A DNA stretch of 20,000 nt from an uncultured virus (IMG/VR IMGVR_UViG_3300026408_000032) (Duplodnaviria; Heunggongvirae; Uroviricota; Caudoviricetes): IMG/VR virus record IMGVR_UViG_3300026408_000032; one strand, 5' to 3'. Positions within the stretch are counted from its first letter, which is position 1; each line of letters opens with the position of its first letter. Both the position numbers and the translations under genes were made by a program. Below the pieces are notes generated by a model that did no database searches, was not told where the DNA came from, and saw only the letters and a list, made by a program, of their open reading frames with translations. Below are positions 1 through 8,051 of this stretch, one piece after another.

Positions 1-1
1 C

Positions 2-478
2 ATCCTGATCCACGAAAGCGGCGCTACTTGGTCGGACGATTCCGAGCGACGGACGATCATGCTGGACCATACCGGGCCGCAGTCGTTTGGTGCCGCCGAA
101 AGCTATGCGGTCAAAACGTTCATGCGTTCGCTGTTCCTGGTCGCCACCGGCGATAAGGACGCCGACGCACAAGAGCAGCATCAGGCCGAAGTCATCCGCG
201 CCACCGTCAAAGCCGTCAAGGCAAAGAAGGAAACCGGCGAAGGCCAAATCCTGATCGACTTCGGCAACGGCATGGAGCCGATCGCAGCCTCCGACGTGCA
301 GACCCGCGTCTTGACCTACATGGCCGAAATCGGCAGCGCCAAAGGCTGCTCAGATTGGTGGGCAGAACAGAAGCACGGTCGCGAGCAGTTCCACAACGAA
401 TTTCCGAAACTCGCGCTCGAACTCAAGCGCAAGGTCGAAGCCTACATCGGCTCTCTCACGCAAGAAGCCGCCGAATAA
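2..478 (+). CDS. erf: ERF-family single-strand annealing protein (5' end outside window)
   Basis: Frame is open from base 2: ILIHESG...GPQSFGAAESYAVKTFMRSLFLVATGDKDAD matches the ERF pattern (LxHxSG; Q-x-x-G-x-A-x-SYA...F...D-x-D-x-D). Confidence 0.8.
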   Translation: MLIHESGATWSDDSERRTIMLDHTGPQSFGAAESYAVKTFMRSLFLVATGDKDADAQEQHQAEVIRATVKAVKAKKETGEGQILIDFGNGMEPIAASDVQTRVLTYMAEIGSAKGCSDWWAEQKHGREQFHNEFPKLALELKRKVEAYIGSLTQEAAE

Positions 479-503
479 CATTTCCAACCTCATGGGGGAC
501 ACT

Positions 504-1202
504 ATGAAAGCACTCACACTCGTAATTTCTGCCGCTGCACTCGCAATGACAACGCCTGCAAAAGCTGATCCGTCATGGACTGGCCCTTACATCGGTGCGC
601 ATGTCGGCGGTGCATGGGGCAACGCTTCAACTACCGATGACGCTGCTGACTGGGGCAATGACAAGAAATTCATCGGCCCGTTTGACTATAATCCTTCGGG
701 CGCATTCGGCGGCGCGACTGCCGGTTACAATTTGCAGATCGATCGCGTCGTCGTCGGCGTCGAGGGAGACCTTGGCTATCTGGGGCTCTCAGGATCGATG
801 GACACGCCGTCTTCTCAGTCGGGCAATCATCAGACCTTGAACGTTGACGGTGGCCTCTACGGCGTTGCTGCGGCCCGCGCTGGCATCCTCGTGACTCCGG
901 CGACCCTTCTGTACGGGAAAGGCGGCTTCGCATTCTTCGACGGTGAGGCAACGCAGACGACAACCGCCAAGGGTTACGAGACGCACGGCACGTCCACCTT
1001 TACCGGATGGGCGGTCGGTGGCGGCATCGAGCATCGTCTGACCGATAACCTCTCGGTCCGTGTCGAATACCTCCACCTGGAATTTGGCACCGAAGACGGC
1101 GACCAGACCTCGCTGACGGATGCTCCCGTAGGGCATGTTTATGAGAGCCACACATCGCTCAAGGCGGACAGTGTGCGCGTCGGTCTGAACTATCAGTTCT
1201 AA
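504..1202 (+). CDS. Omp25/Omp31/RopB-family 8-stranded outer-membrane beta-barrel protein
   Basis: Signal peptide MKALTLVISAAALAMTTPAKA, then SWTGPYIGAHVGGAWG, GWAVGGGIEH, and C-terminal beta-signal GLNYQF. GGGGGA RBS favours ATG 504 over ATG 492. Confidence 0.9.
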   Translation: MKALTLVISAAALAMTTPAKADPSWTGPYIGAHVGGAWGNASTTDDAADWGNDKKFIGPFDYNPSGAFGGATAGYNLQIDRVVVGVEGDLGYLGLSGSMDTPSSQSGNHQTLNVDGGLYGVAAARAGILVTPATLLYGKGGFAFFDGEATQTTTAKGYETHGTSTFTGWAVGGGIEHRLTDNLSVRVEYLHLEFGTEDGDQTSLTDAPVGHVYESHTSLKADSVRVGLNYQF

Positions 1203-1234
1203 TCCGAGAATGAACACAAACGCGAGAGGCCATC

Positions 1235-2467
1235 ATGCTCGCTAGCAATTTGACGAAGCCGACGTCGGCAAAGCCACTAGCCAGTAACGGCAAGAAGCAC
1301 GATTCAATTCTAAACTGGGACACCGCTGAATGTCTCGGAGAGTTTCACGAGTTGGTGCAACATCCTCCCATGCACTCTGTCGTGGTCCATATTGAACCCG
1401 AGGCGGCTGAGCAGTTGCTGATTGTCACAAATTCCAAAAACCGACCAATGAGCCGGAGCTTTGCCAAACGCTTGGGCAACCTGATCGAAGCCGAAGAATA
1501 CGCCATCACTGGGGACACGATTAAGTTCTCCAAGAGTGGCACCCTATTGGACGGTCAGCATCGTCTCCAGGGGTGTGTCAACTCCAAGCGGGCCATAATC
1601 AGCCACATGGTTTTCGGACTTGATGACGATATTTTTGATGTACTTGACCAAGGCCACAAACGGACGGCTGGCGACATTCTCGCGCTTTGCGGGGTTGAAG
1701 AATATACGCTGACGGCGGCTTCAATTGCATGGGTACACACGCTGCGCAACGGGCGTACCTCTAATGCTAGCGGCCTGACACCGCGCGCAATTCGCGTCCT
1801 TGCGACTGGCGAAATGAGTGACATCGCACGCTATCTCCGCGATGCACGCCTCATCAGTTCGGCATTCAAGCACCCGCCGTCGTTGCTTGCCGCGATCCTC
1901 TACATCATCGGACAAAAGAGCGAAGCTCTGGCGAAATCGTTCGCCCACGAATGGGTTCACGGTCCGCGCATCGGACGAAACGAGAACTTTGACGTTCTCT
2001 CTGGTCGATTTCTTGCCGTGCAGCGGCAGGGCGGCGGCCACATCAACCGTTGGGTCCGGGCGGCCCTCATCGTGCAAACGTTCAATCACTGGAATGCTGA
2101 TGAGGTCGCGTCGCCTCGCAGTTTGACTTGGCGCAAAGAGTGGAAATTCCCTGAGTTCGAATTTAACGCCGCCTCGTTTCGAAAGCGCCGTGGCGAGGCT
2201 GAGCAAGAAGATACGCGGCTGACGGCGTCACAGGTCCGTCTACTAGCCGTCATGACGAACAGCATTGGCGACGATGGCCTTGTCCGACTGTCTCATGCGG
2301 ACCTCGCGACATCTGCAAACGTACCGCGTGGCAGCCTCAGCTATCTCATCGGCACACTTTTAAACGAGGGCGCAATTGAGATTGCTGAGGAACGCATTGG
2401 CACATCGCCAGCAGCCTATCGGATCGACGGGAAGTCACTCGATAGGCTTAAAGCAAAGGCGGCTTGA
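1235..2467 (+). CDS. Phage ParB/Srx-like (DGQHR) domain protein with C-terminal winged HTH
   Basis: NRPMS...GDTIKFSKSGTLLDGQHRLQG motif; C-terminal LSHADLATSANVPRGSLSYLIGTLLNEGAIEI has a wHTH pattern. Confidence 0.75.
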   Translation: MLASNLTKPTSAKPLASNGKKHDSILNWDTAECLGEFHELVQHPPMHSVVVHIEPEAAEQLLIVTNSKNRPMSRSFAKRLGNLIEAEEYAITGDTIKFSKSGTLLDGQHRLQGCVNSKRAIISHMVFGLDDDIFDVLDQGHKRTAGDILALCGVEEYTLTAASIAWVHTLRNGRTSNASGLTPRAIRVLATGEMSDIARYLRDARLISSAFKHPPSLLAAILYIIGQKSEALAKSFAHEWVHGPRIGRNENFDVLSGRFLAVQRQGGGHINRWVRAALIVQTFNHWNADEVASPRSLTWRKEWKFPEFEFNAASFRKRRGEAEQEDTRLTASQVRLLAVMTNSIGDDGLVRLSHADLATSANVPRGSLSYLIGTLLNEGAIEIAEERIGTSPAAYRIDGKSLDRLKAKAA

Positions 2468-2544
2468 GGGATCAGCGACCCGCTCCACGGGACATAGAGG
2501 GGCACGTTATTTCATGTGCCGTGGGGCGGGTAAGGGGGAATGAG

Positions 2545-2910
2545 ATGAACGCGCACGCAAAAATCTCCGAGCTTCCGCAGCAAGAGCGGCCGATCAGCGA
2601 GGAATACCGTCTCGTTGCAAAGCGCTGGATCGACGCCGACGCTGCCGCCCGCTTGCGCGAAGAAATGAAAACAACTTCGTTGGAACAGATGAAGCAAGAC
2701 CTCATCAATCGCGAAGGCGACATGCCGGACTCTCATGCCGAACGTCGCGTCAAGGCCGGGAAGGATTGGGAAGAATACATCAGAGCAATGGTCGAAGCGC
2801 GAACGGACGCGAACCGGCTGAAAGCTCAACTCGAATACGTGCGCATGAAGTTTTCCGAGCATCAGGATTTTAACGCGTCGGCTCGCGCTGAAATGAGGCT
2901 CAGCCGATGA
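2545..2910 (+). CDS. Phage helical/coiled-coil protein, possibly a recombination mediator (UvsY-like)
   Basis: ATG 2545 after AGGGGG; all-helical 121 aa protein with AERRVKA...Y...NASARAEMRL; lies in the recombination module. Function is inference. Confidence 0.6.
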   Translation: MNAHAKISELPQQERPISEEYRLVAKRWIDADAAARLREEMKTTSLEQMKQDLINREGDMPDSHAERRVKAGKDWEEYIRAMVEARTDANRLKAQLEYVRMKFSEHQDFNASARAEMRLSR

Positions 2911-3074
2911 ACATCCCCTCCGAGATCAAAGCAGAAGCAGAACGCCTGATGTGGAAATACCTAGACGCTCTCAAGGCAAAGGACCAGCCGGAACAGAAGC
3001 GCCTCTATCGAGACATCATGGCCCTTTGCGGCGTTCTTGAAGCTGCTGGGGAAGACGTGGAGTACATTCGATGA
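2907..3074 (+). CDS. Small phage hypothetical protein (55 aa, MNIPSEIKAEAERLMWKYLDAL...)
   Basis: Translated by hand (below ORF-track cutoff); ATGA overlaps with both neighbours. Confidence 0.7.
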   Translation: MNIPSEIKAEAERLMWKYLDALKAKDQPEQKRLYRDIMALCGVLEAAGEDVEYIR

Positions 3075-3196
3075 CCGACGCTCAGCTCCAGTGCTTCCTA
3101 GAGCGCCTGCGCTCCTACCACGGCGCATGTCGTGTGAAGCTCGAAATGTTCTTCGAGGACGGTCAGAGCATCTATCAGGAGGCCGTGAGCGAATGA
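3071..3196 (+). CDS. Small phage hypothetical protein (41 aa, MTDAQLQCFLERLRSY...)
   Basis: Translated by hand; ATGA overlaps at both ends. Confidence 0.6.
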   Translation: MTDAQLQCFLERLRSYHGACRVKLEMFFEDGQSIYQEAVSE

Positions 3197-3414
3197 ACCA
3201 GCCCGATGATCTTTTGCAGGCGGTTGCACGAGCCATCGCTGGCGAGGATGGCTGCTGCTGTCTCTGGAATTCTGACGGCCGGTGTTGCCAGACAAAGGTT
3301 GCGCGGGCGGCATTTCAGATCATCGCATGGCGAACCGGCTTGACGCTTGAATGGCTCGAAGGCGCGGAGAAAATTTACGAGGCGAAGAAGTTGCAGAAGG
3401 CACCTGCGAAATGA
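3193..3414 (+). CDS. Small Cys-rich phage hypothetical protein (MNQPDDLLQAVARAIA...)
   Basis: ATG 3193 overlaps the upstream stop, GGAGG RBS, VARAIA...ARAA pattern common in small phage proteins. Confidence 0.7.
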   Translation: MNQPDDLLQAVARAIAGEDGCCCLWNSDGRCCQTKVARAAFQIIAWRTGLTLEWLEGAEKIYEAKKLQKAPAK

Positions 3415-3677
3415 ACCCTCGCGATCTATCAGCCCAGACAGCCTCTCTACGGCACGTCCTTCACTTCGCAGACAGCGACGAAATCCGCGCCTGCGTCGAG
3501 CAAGCCATAAAGACTCTCGAATGGATGCAGAAAGGCGAACTTGTTTTGAAAGAGCTGATGCGCCTCCGAAAGGAAGACCCGGAATTGTTTGAGACGCTAC
3601 GCCGGTTATTCGGCATGGGTGCCAAGCTCTCAGACATTCGAAAGACCGAGGAAATGGCAGAGGAAATGGGGCTGTGA
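3411..3677 (+). CDS. Phage hypothetical protein (MNPRDLSAQTASL...)
   Basis: ATGA overlap upstream and GTGA overlap downstream; real start lies inside ORF 3351..3677. Confidence 0.7.
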   Translation: MNPRDLSAQTASLRHVLHFADSDEIRACVEQAIKTLEWMQKGELVLKELMRLRKEDPELFETLRRLFGMGAKLSDIRKTEEMAEEMGL

Positions 3678-4012
3678 GGCGAGAGTTCTCAAAGAAGGTC
3701 AAACTTGCGGCTTGGCAGCGCTGCGGCGGCATCTGCGAGTGCGGCTGTGGGGTGAAGATCATCACGGGCGATGGTCCCGAGTACGATCATCGCATCGAGG
3801 ATGCGATCGGCGGCGATCCGACATTGGAAAACTGCGTCGTGATGCGGAAGCGCTGTCACGATGCCAAGACCAAGCGCCGGCGCCCTGAACTCGACAAGAC
3901 GCGCCGTCTTTTCGAAAAGCAGATCAACGCTCGAAAATCATCGAAGCCGATGCCATGCGGTCGGAACTCGCCACTCAAGAAAAAGATGAACGGGGAAGTC
4001 GTTCCTCGGTGA
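3674..4012 (+). CDS. HNH endonuclease
   Basis: CECGC, EYDHRI...GG...LENC...CHDAKT motif. Confidence 0.9.
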   Translation: MRREFSKKVKLAAWQRCGGICECGCGVKIITGDGPEYDHRIEDAIGGDPTLENCVVMRKRCHDAKTKRRRPELDKTRRLFEKQINARKSSKPMPCGRNSPLKKKMNGEVVPR

Positions 4013-4050
4013 ACCCATCACTCCCAGATTCAGAAGGCTGATAGATAAAT

Positions 4051-4704
4051 ATGGAACAAGAAAAAATAGGAAGTGATTTGGTTCAAGCGGACAGCGTGCC
4101 TGCGGATTCTTCCGAGAAATTCAACTCGGCAGATGAGAAAACAGCCAAAGGCAAAACATCAACGTTTGTGATCCATCACGATAGATGTGATCCGTCGAAA
4201 TGGACGATCGCGCAATGGAAGCTACTGGCCGATTTCATAAAGCATGGCTCTCTCCAATACGCTGCGGGCTTAGCGCGACATGGAATGCAGTTGAAGCTTG
4301 ACGACCGCCTACAGGTCAGCGGCGGTGAGATTGAGCATGTTGGGTGGGCGTTCGGTCGCAAGGGAGATTTTGAGATCGACACCTTTGGCGAGAGCCTTAA
4401 CGACATAGTCCAGGATGATCTCGATGTTTCCGAAGTTGTCCCGATTTATCGCGGTCAAACTCAATGGGCCGTGTCATTTGCGATTGGCGACGAGGAAGGT
4501 TTCGTCGAGGGCCATGAGGTAGAGACATTCGATAATGCGGCTGACGCCGAGAAGTTTGTAGCCAGTATAATTGATGAGGCCGAGAGTCAGGCTGCGCAGT
4601 CCGATGCCGAGGTGAATTTCTCGAACGAAGCCGAGCGTGCAGACGTCAGCTTGAACCAAATACTTCCTACCGGCGCATCCAATAAGGAGGGCGGGAAGTC
4701 GTGA
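4051..4704 (+). CDS. Acidic phage hypothetical protein
   Basis: 217 aa ORF co-oriented with neighbours; no recognised motif. Confidence 0.65.
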   Translation: MEQEKIGSDLVQADSVPADSSEKFNSADEKTAKGKTSTFVIHHDRCDPSKWTIAQWKLLADFIKHGSLQYAAGLARHGMQLKLDDRLQVSGGEIEHVGWAFGRKGDFEIDTFGESLNDIVQDDLDVSEVVPIYRGQTQWAVSFAIGDEEGFVEGHEVETFDNAADAEKFVASIIDEAESQAAQSDAEVNFSNEAERADVSLNQILPTGASNKEGGKS

Positions 4705-4752
4705 CGCTCGAACAACTCCGCTCCCTTCAAGAGAACAGATAGGAACTGGAAA

Positions 4753-4932
4753 ATGAATTACGGATGGCCAATAGCTTTCGCGTTCGTAGGCATGTGCATG
4801 GCGATTGCGTGGGCGAACGCCAACCAACCACCGTCCAGGAACGAAAACGACGTCGCAATCGAGTGCATTAAGGCCAAAGGTCAGATGAACATTTGGGGCC
4901 GGTGCATCATGTCGAACGAGGCAAAGCCATGA
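4753..4932 (+). CDS. Small membrane-anchored/secreted phage protein (59 aa)
   Basis: Hand translation MNYGWPIAFAFVGMCMAIAWA...ECIKAKG...GRC: N-terminal hydrophobic helix and a Cys pair; ATGA overlap with next gene. Confidence 0.65.
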   Translation: MNYGWPIAFAFVGMCMAIAWANANQPPSRNENDVAIECIKAKGQMNIWGRCIMSNEAKP

Positions 4933-5399
4933 ACCTCTCTACTCTCAAATCTCTACAAGCAAGAATAAGAGAAGCGACCGGGGCGGATCGGGAATTGGAC
5001 TGCGCAATTGCCAATCTTCACGGCTGGCGCTGCGATGCCGACTATAACTACACGCCATCAGGCGCGATGACGCTCGAAGAACCGCCTCCCTACACATCCG
5101 ATCCAGAGGGCCTTGGTGCTTGCGTCGCTCTGTGTCGTGAAGTTCTCCCCGGCTATGCGTGGAAGGTCGGGACATGTTGTGTCTCTGACGACGCATGGGT
5201 TGTTCCAGACTTCAATTGTCCCGTTCATGGCGAACGGCTTCGCGAGAAGTTTGGCGAGATCGAGTGGGGCAGCATCTGGGATACCGGCATCGACATTGAC
5301 CGGCGCCCATCAGGCAACGTCTGTTTAGCGTTTCTCGACGGAATTGTGAGTGCTCTTATTGCAGAGGAAGAAGCGAAGCTAACGGAGAAAGCGGGATGA
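4929..5399 (+). CDS. Phage ABA-sandwich-like domain protein
   Basis: GADRELDCAIA...GW...PPPYTSD...L...VLPG pattern; ATG 4929 overlaps the upstream stop. Confidence 0.65.
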   Translation: MNLSTLKSLQARIREATGADRELDCAIANLHGWRCDADYNYTPSGAMTLEEPPPYTSDPEGLGACVALCREVLPGYAWKVGTCCVSDDAWVVPDFNCPVHGERLREKFGEIEWGSIWDTGIDIDRRPSGNVCLAFLDGIVSALIAEEEAKLTEKAG

Positions 5400-5635
5400 G
5401 GCCGCAAACATTAAACGGAGTTCCAGTCGTCGTGACGGAGAGCGCCACTGCTGCGCTCCCGGTCGAGCGTTGGGACTGGTCTGCGTATCGCTCGCCATCT
5501 CGCGCAAAGCGTCGTCGTGACCGCCGTAAGGTTATCACGCGCGAACCAGCCTGTTATCAGATGGAAGGCAAGATCGTCATTCACCCGCGTCTTTGGGCAG
5601 AAGTCCGCACCTTATCTAAAGATCAGGGGGAATAG
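5396..5635 (+). CDS. Phage hypothetical protein (basic)
   Basis: ATGA overlap with upstream gene; RSPSRAKRRR...HP pattern. Confidence 0.7.
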   Translation: MRPQTLNGVPVVVTESATAALPVERWDWSAYRSPSRAKRRRDRRKVITREPACYQMEGKIVIHPRLWAEVRTLSKDQGE

Positions 5636-5637
5636 AG

Positions 5638-5784
5638 ATGCTGCAGCGGCTTATCGAGCACTTTGATTGCTGGCGCGCATGCCGACGCCTACGTCAAACG
5701 CTTCGTCGCAACGACATGAAAACAATTGCCGACGTGAAGCGAGAACTCGGATTTACACAGCATACAGACACTCAGGGGAAGTAA
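5638..5784 (+). CDS. Small phage hypothetical protein (48 aa, MLQRLIEHFDCWRACRRL...)
   Basis: Hand translation; AGGGGG RBS; starts 2 nt after the upstream stop. Confidence 0.5.
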   Translation: MLQRLIEHFDCWRACRRLRQTLRRNDMKTIADVKRELGFTQHTDTQGK

Positions 5785-5843
5785 CTTGGACGAGAAAACA
5801 AAACCGACAGAGCAATTTCAATTCGGGACTTGGTAGAAATGAC

Positions 5844-6254
5844 ATGAGGAAAAAACGCAAACGACCGTCAGCGATAGTTGGAAAGTCGCCGTTGGCGACG
5901 GTCGAGAATATCAAGACACTCGGGTTACTTCTGGCCGAATCTAAGAAAGCAAAGCCGGAAGATAAGTTCGCAATCTGGGACAAATACCTAACTGAAATCA
6001 TCGAAAGGATAGCACCCGAAATGGCACCGAAGAAACAGCCAAAGCTCACGACCACCATCGCAATAGACATGGTGAAGCGCATCGAGGCGCTGCAGGATCA
6101 GATCGACGACATCTACGCGGAAGCCCGTTCTTATGACGGCACGAACAACGACTCCGTTATTCACGATGCGGTTTCTGCGCGCCGCGAGAAGCGGGATGCG
6201 CAAGAGAGCGAGGATGCTCTCCTTGGCAGCTTCGATGCTGAGGACGTTTTTTGA
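5844..6254 (+). CDS. Divergent GapR/DUF2312-like DNA-binding protein
   Basis: C-terminal VKRIEALQDQIDDIYAEAR...R...RDAQESEDALL resembles the GapR pattern IERIE.L...I.EVYAEAK...R.....E.EALL; start ATG 5844 inferred. Confidence 0.55.
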   Translation: MRKKRKRPSAIVGKSPLATVENIKTLGLLLAESKKAKPEDKFAIWDKYLTEIIERIAPEMAPKKQPKLTTTIAIDMVKRIEALQDQIDDIYAEARSYDGTNNDSVIHDAVSARREKRDAQESEDALLGSFDAEDVF

Positions 6255-6322
6255 AAGGCGATGACATACGGGGGTGGGTTCTCTCCCTTCCCCCACCCCC
6301 AGCATCAGAGGAGAGATGAGGG

Positions 6323-6700
6323 ATGACGACGCTGACAGATAGCATATCGGCAGACGATCTGCGCTCCGAAGCGGTGGAGGCCCTTCGACTGTTGGGGCTC
6401 TCTCGTGATGATTATGACCGAGAGGAATACCTGCTTTCGTTGCTCAAGGTTGTTTTTCAACGAGGGGCGATTGCGGCAGGCGATAGGGATATTTCGAAGA
6501 ACGATCGAACGCTGGCTCTTATCGGGACACTTACCGCACAGCGGGAGGCGATCCGTTCCGCAACGATTGAGGAATGCGCCAAGGTGGCGGACTCTTACGA
6601 ACAGAACGCACGCGAGCACGGAGCGACCCCTCAAGCCAATGCGTTTGAGATGCTTGCGAAATCCATCCGTTCACTAACGAAGGCGGGGAAGGGGGAGTAA
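6323..6700 (+). CDS. Phage hypothetical protein
   Basis: Purine-rich RBS; R.ATIEECAKVAD...A..IRSL motif typical of small phage proteins. Confidence 0.75.
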   Translation: MTTLTDSISADDLRSEAVEALRLLGLSRDDYDREEYLLSLLKVVFQRGAIAAGDRDISKNDRTLALIGTLTAQREAIRSATIEECAKVADSYEQNAREHGATPQANAFEMLAKSIRSLTKAGKGE

Positions 6701-6705
6701 AGGTT

Positions 6706-7107
6706 ATGGCCTTGTTTCGTACATTCGAGGAAGCGGTGGAGGCGATCTATCCGCCTGACCGCAGACCGCGTGTGCGTACCCTGCGTGAAAGAATGGCGGC
6801 CGTGCAATGCGTCGTCTACGACGGCCGTGAGTGCTATACCACCGACGCTCTGATCGAAAAATTCAAGGCTCAGCTATGCAAGGCTACCGCTCCAAGCTCA
6901 AACCAGTTAAGCGGCGCAAGAAAACGAAGGAAGGGGCCGAAACGTATTGGGTCGCGCGTGGCTTCATTCCAGTTCGAAGACGAGACGGCACTTTCGCCCG
7001 AAGACGAATTGAACGCAGCCTTGGAGGCCACACGGCTAAGGAAAGGCAAGCCGAAGTCGATAAGCTCAACCAAGCCTTTGAAGATGCTGCCCAGAACATC
7101 AGTCTGA
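6706..7107 (+). CDS. Putative excisionase/recombination directionality factor
   Basis: GGGGGAG RBS; N-terminal HTH-like segment; directly upstream of and overlapping the integrase start. Confidence 0.55.
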   Translation: MALFRTFEEAVEAIYPPDRRPRVRTLRERMAAVQCVVYDGRECYTTDALIEKFKAQLCKATAPSSNQLSGARKRRKGPKRIGSRVASFQFEDETALSPEDELNAALEATRLRKGKPKSISSTKPLKMLPRTSV

Positions 7108-8051
7108 CGTTTGCGAAGGCGTACAACAATTATATCGGCGTCGGTAAAGAAGTGCCGATGCTAGGCGAACAGATCCTTCACGAACTCGGCGTCCGCCAGT
7201 GCATTGAGATTGACGATAGCGTAATGCTTGCGGCGAAGGCTGTTATTTTCAAAGCCGACGCTAAGCCTTCCTATATCAACCGCCACCTCTACACGCCTGT
7301 TCATGCCATCCTGAAGATGGCGCTCAAGGAAGCGACGCCTCAGTTGACGCGGCCGGAGGGTCACAAGGACTCGCCAGAAATTCAAATCCCGGATCAGAAC
7401 TGGTTCCGCGTTGTCGGGCAGCAAATGGGGATCGACACCCGCGCCCTGGTTTACTTCCTGACGATCCACGGCCGCCGTCTCGGGGATGCCCTCGGACGCA
7501 TCCCAGACAACTTCGACCCGACGGCCGGGACGCTAATGATCGGCAAGACCAAGACGGGCAAGCCGCTATTCATCGATCTGCATCCGACCGTGGTCGAGGC
7601 GTTCAAGCTGATGCCGGACTGGCAGAAGCGCCGCTGGCTGTTCAGAGACGGACCCAACTCCGGCAACAACGTCCGGAAGGACATTCTCGTCGCGGTGCTA
7701 AAGGCCAACGGCTTCGACCCAAAAGACTTCCAGCGCAAGGTGAAGGGGCGGCCGCCGCAGATCGATGAGGCGAAGGCCCGCGACTACATCCGCGAGCACG
7801 GCTCGGTGCCCTACTTCGGAACACATGCCATCGGGCGGCATTCAGCGGCGACGCGAGCTTTGCTCGCCGGGTACAGCCTGCTCCACGTGCAGAAGATGTA
7901 CGGCTGGGACACCATCGAAATGCTCTCGCGCCGCTATGGTCACTTGGCGAAGGCTGAGACGAATGCGGCAGTGCACAAGGTTGCAGATGCGTTCATTGAA
8001 CAAATTGAAAACAAATCAAAGAAGGAAAGCGGCGAACGCGATGGATATTAG
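6876..8051 (+). CDS. int: Prophage tyrosine integrase
   Basis: Arm-binding-like N-terminus (YWVARG...ERSLG); catalytic R (HGRRLGDAL), K (KTKTG), H...RH (HAIGRH), GW, Y (RRYGH). ATG 6876 preferred over 6831. Confidence 0.92.
   Translation: MQGYRSKLKPVKRRKKTKEGAETYWVARGFIPVRRRDGTFARRRIERSLGGHTAKERQAEVDKLNQAFEDAAQNISLTFAKAYNNYIGVGKEVPMLGEQILHELGVRQCIEIDDSVMLAAKAVIFKADAKPSYINRHLYTPVHAILKMALKEATPQLTRPEGHKDSPEIQIPDQNWFRVVGQQMGIDTRALVYFLTIHGRRLGDALGRIPDNFDPTAGTLMIGKTKTGKPLFIDLHPTVVEAFKLMPDWQKRRWLFRDGPNSGNNVRKDILVAVLKANGFDPKDFQRKVKGRPPQIDEAKARDYIREHGSVPYFGTHAIGRHSAATRALLAGYSLLHVQKMYGWDTIEMLSRRYGHLAKAETNAAVHKVADAFIEQIENKSKKESGERDGY

Noticed and set aside
1235..2467. DndB / phosphorothioation or plasmid partition system
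   Set aside because: DGQHR alone is shared across the ParB/Srx superfamily; no dnd or parA genes nearby
6244..6300. Programmed -1 frameshift at the GTTTTTTGA end of the GapR-like gene
   Set aside because: No in-frame X XXY YYZ heptamer, and the hairpin is too far downstream
7765..8040. N-terminal extension of the GIY-YIG ORF
   Set aside because: Lies wholly inside the integrase in another frame; the recognisable domain begins after ATG 8041
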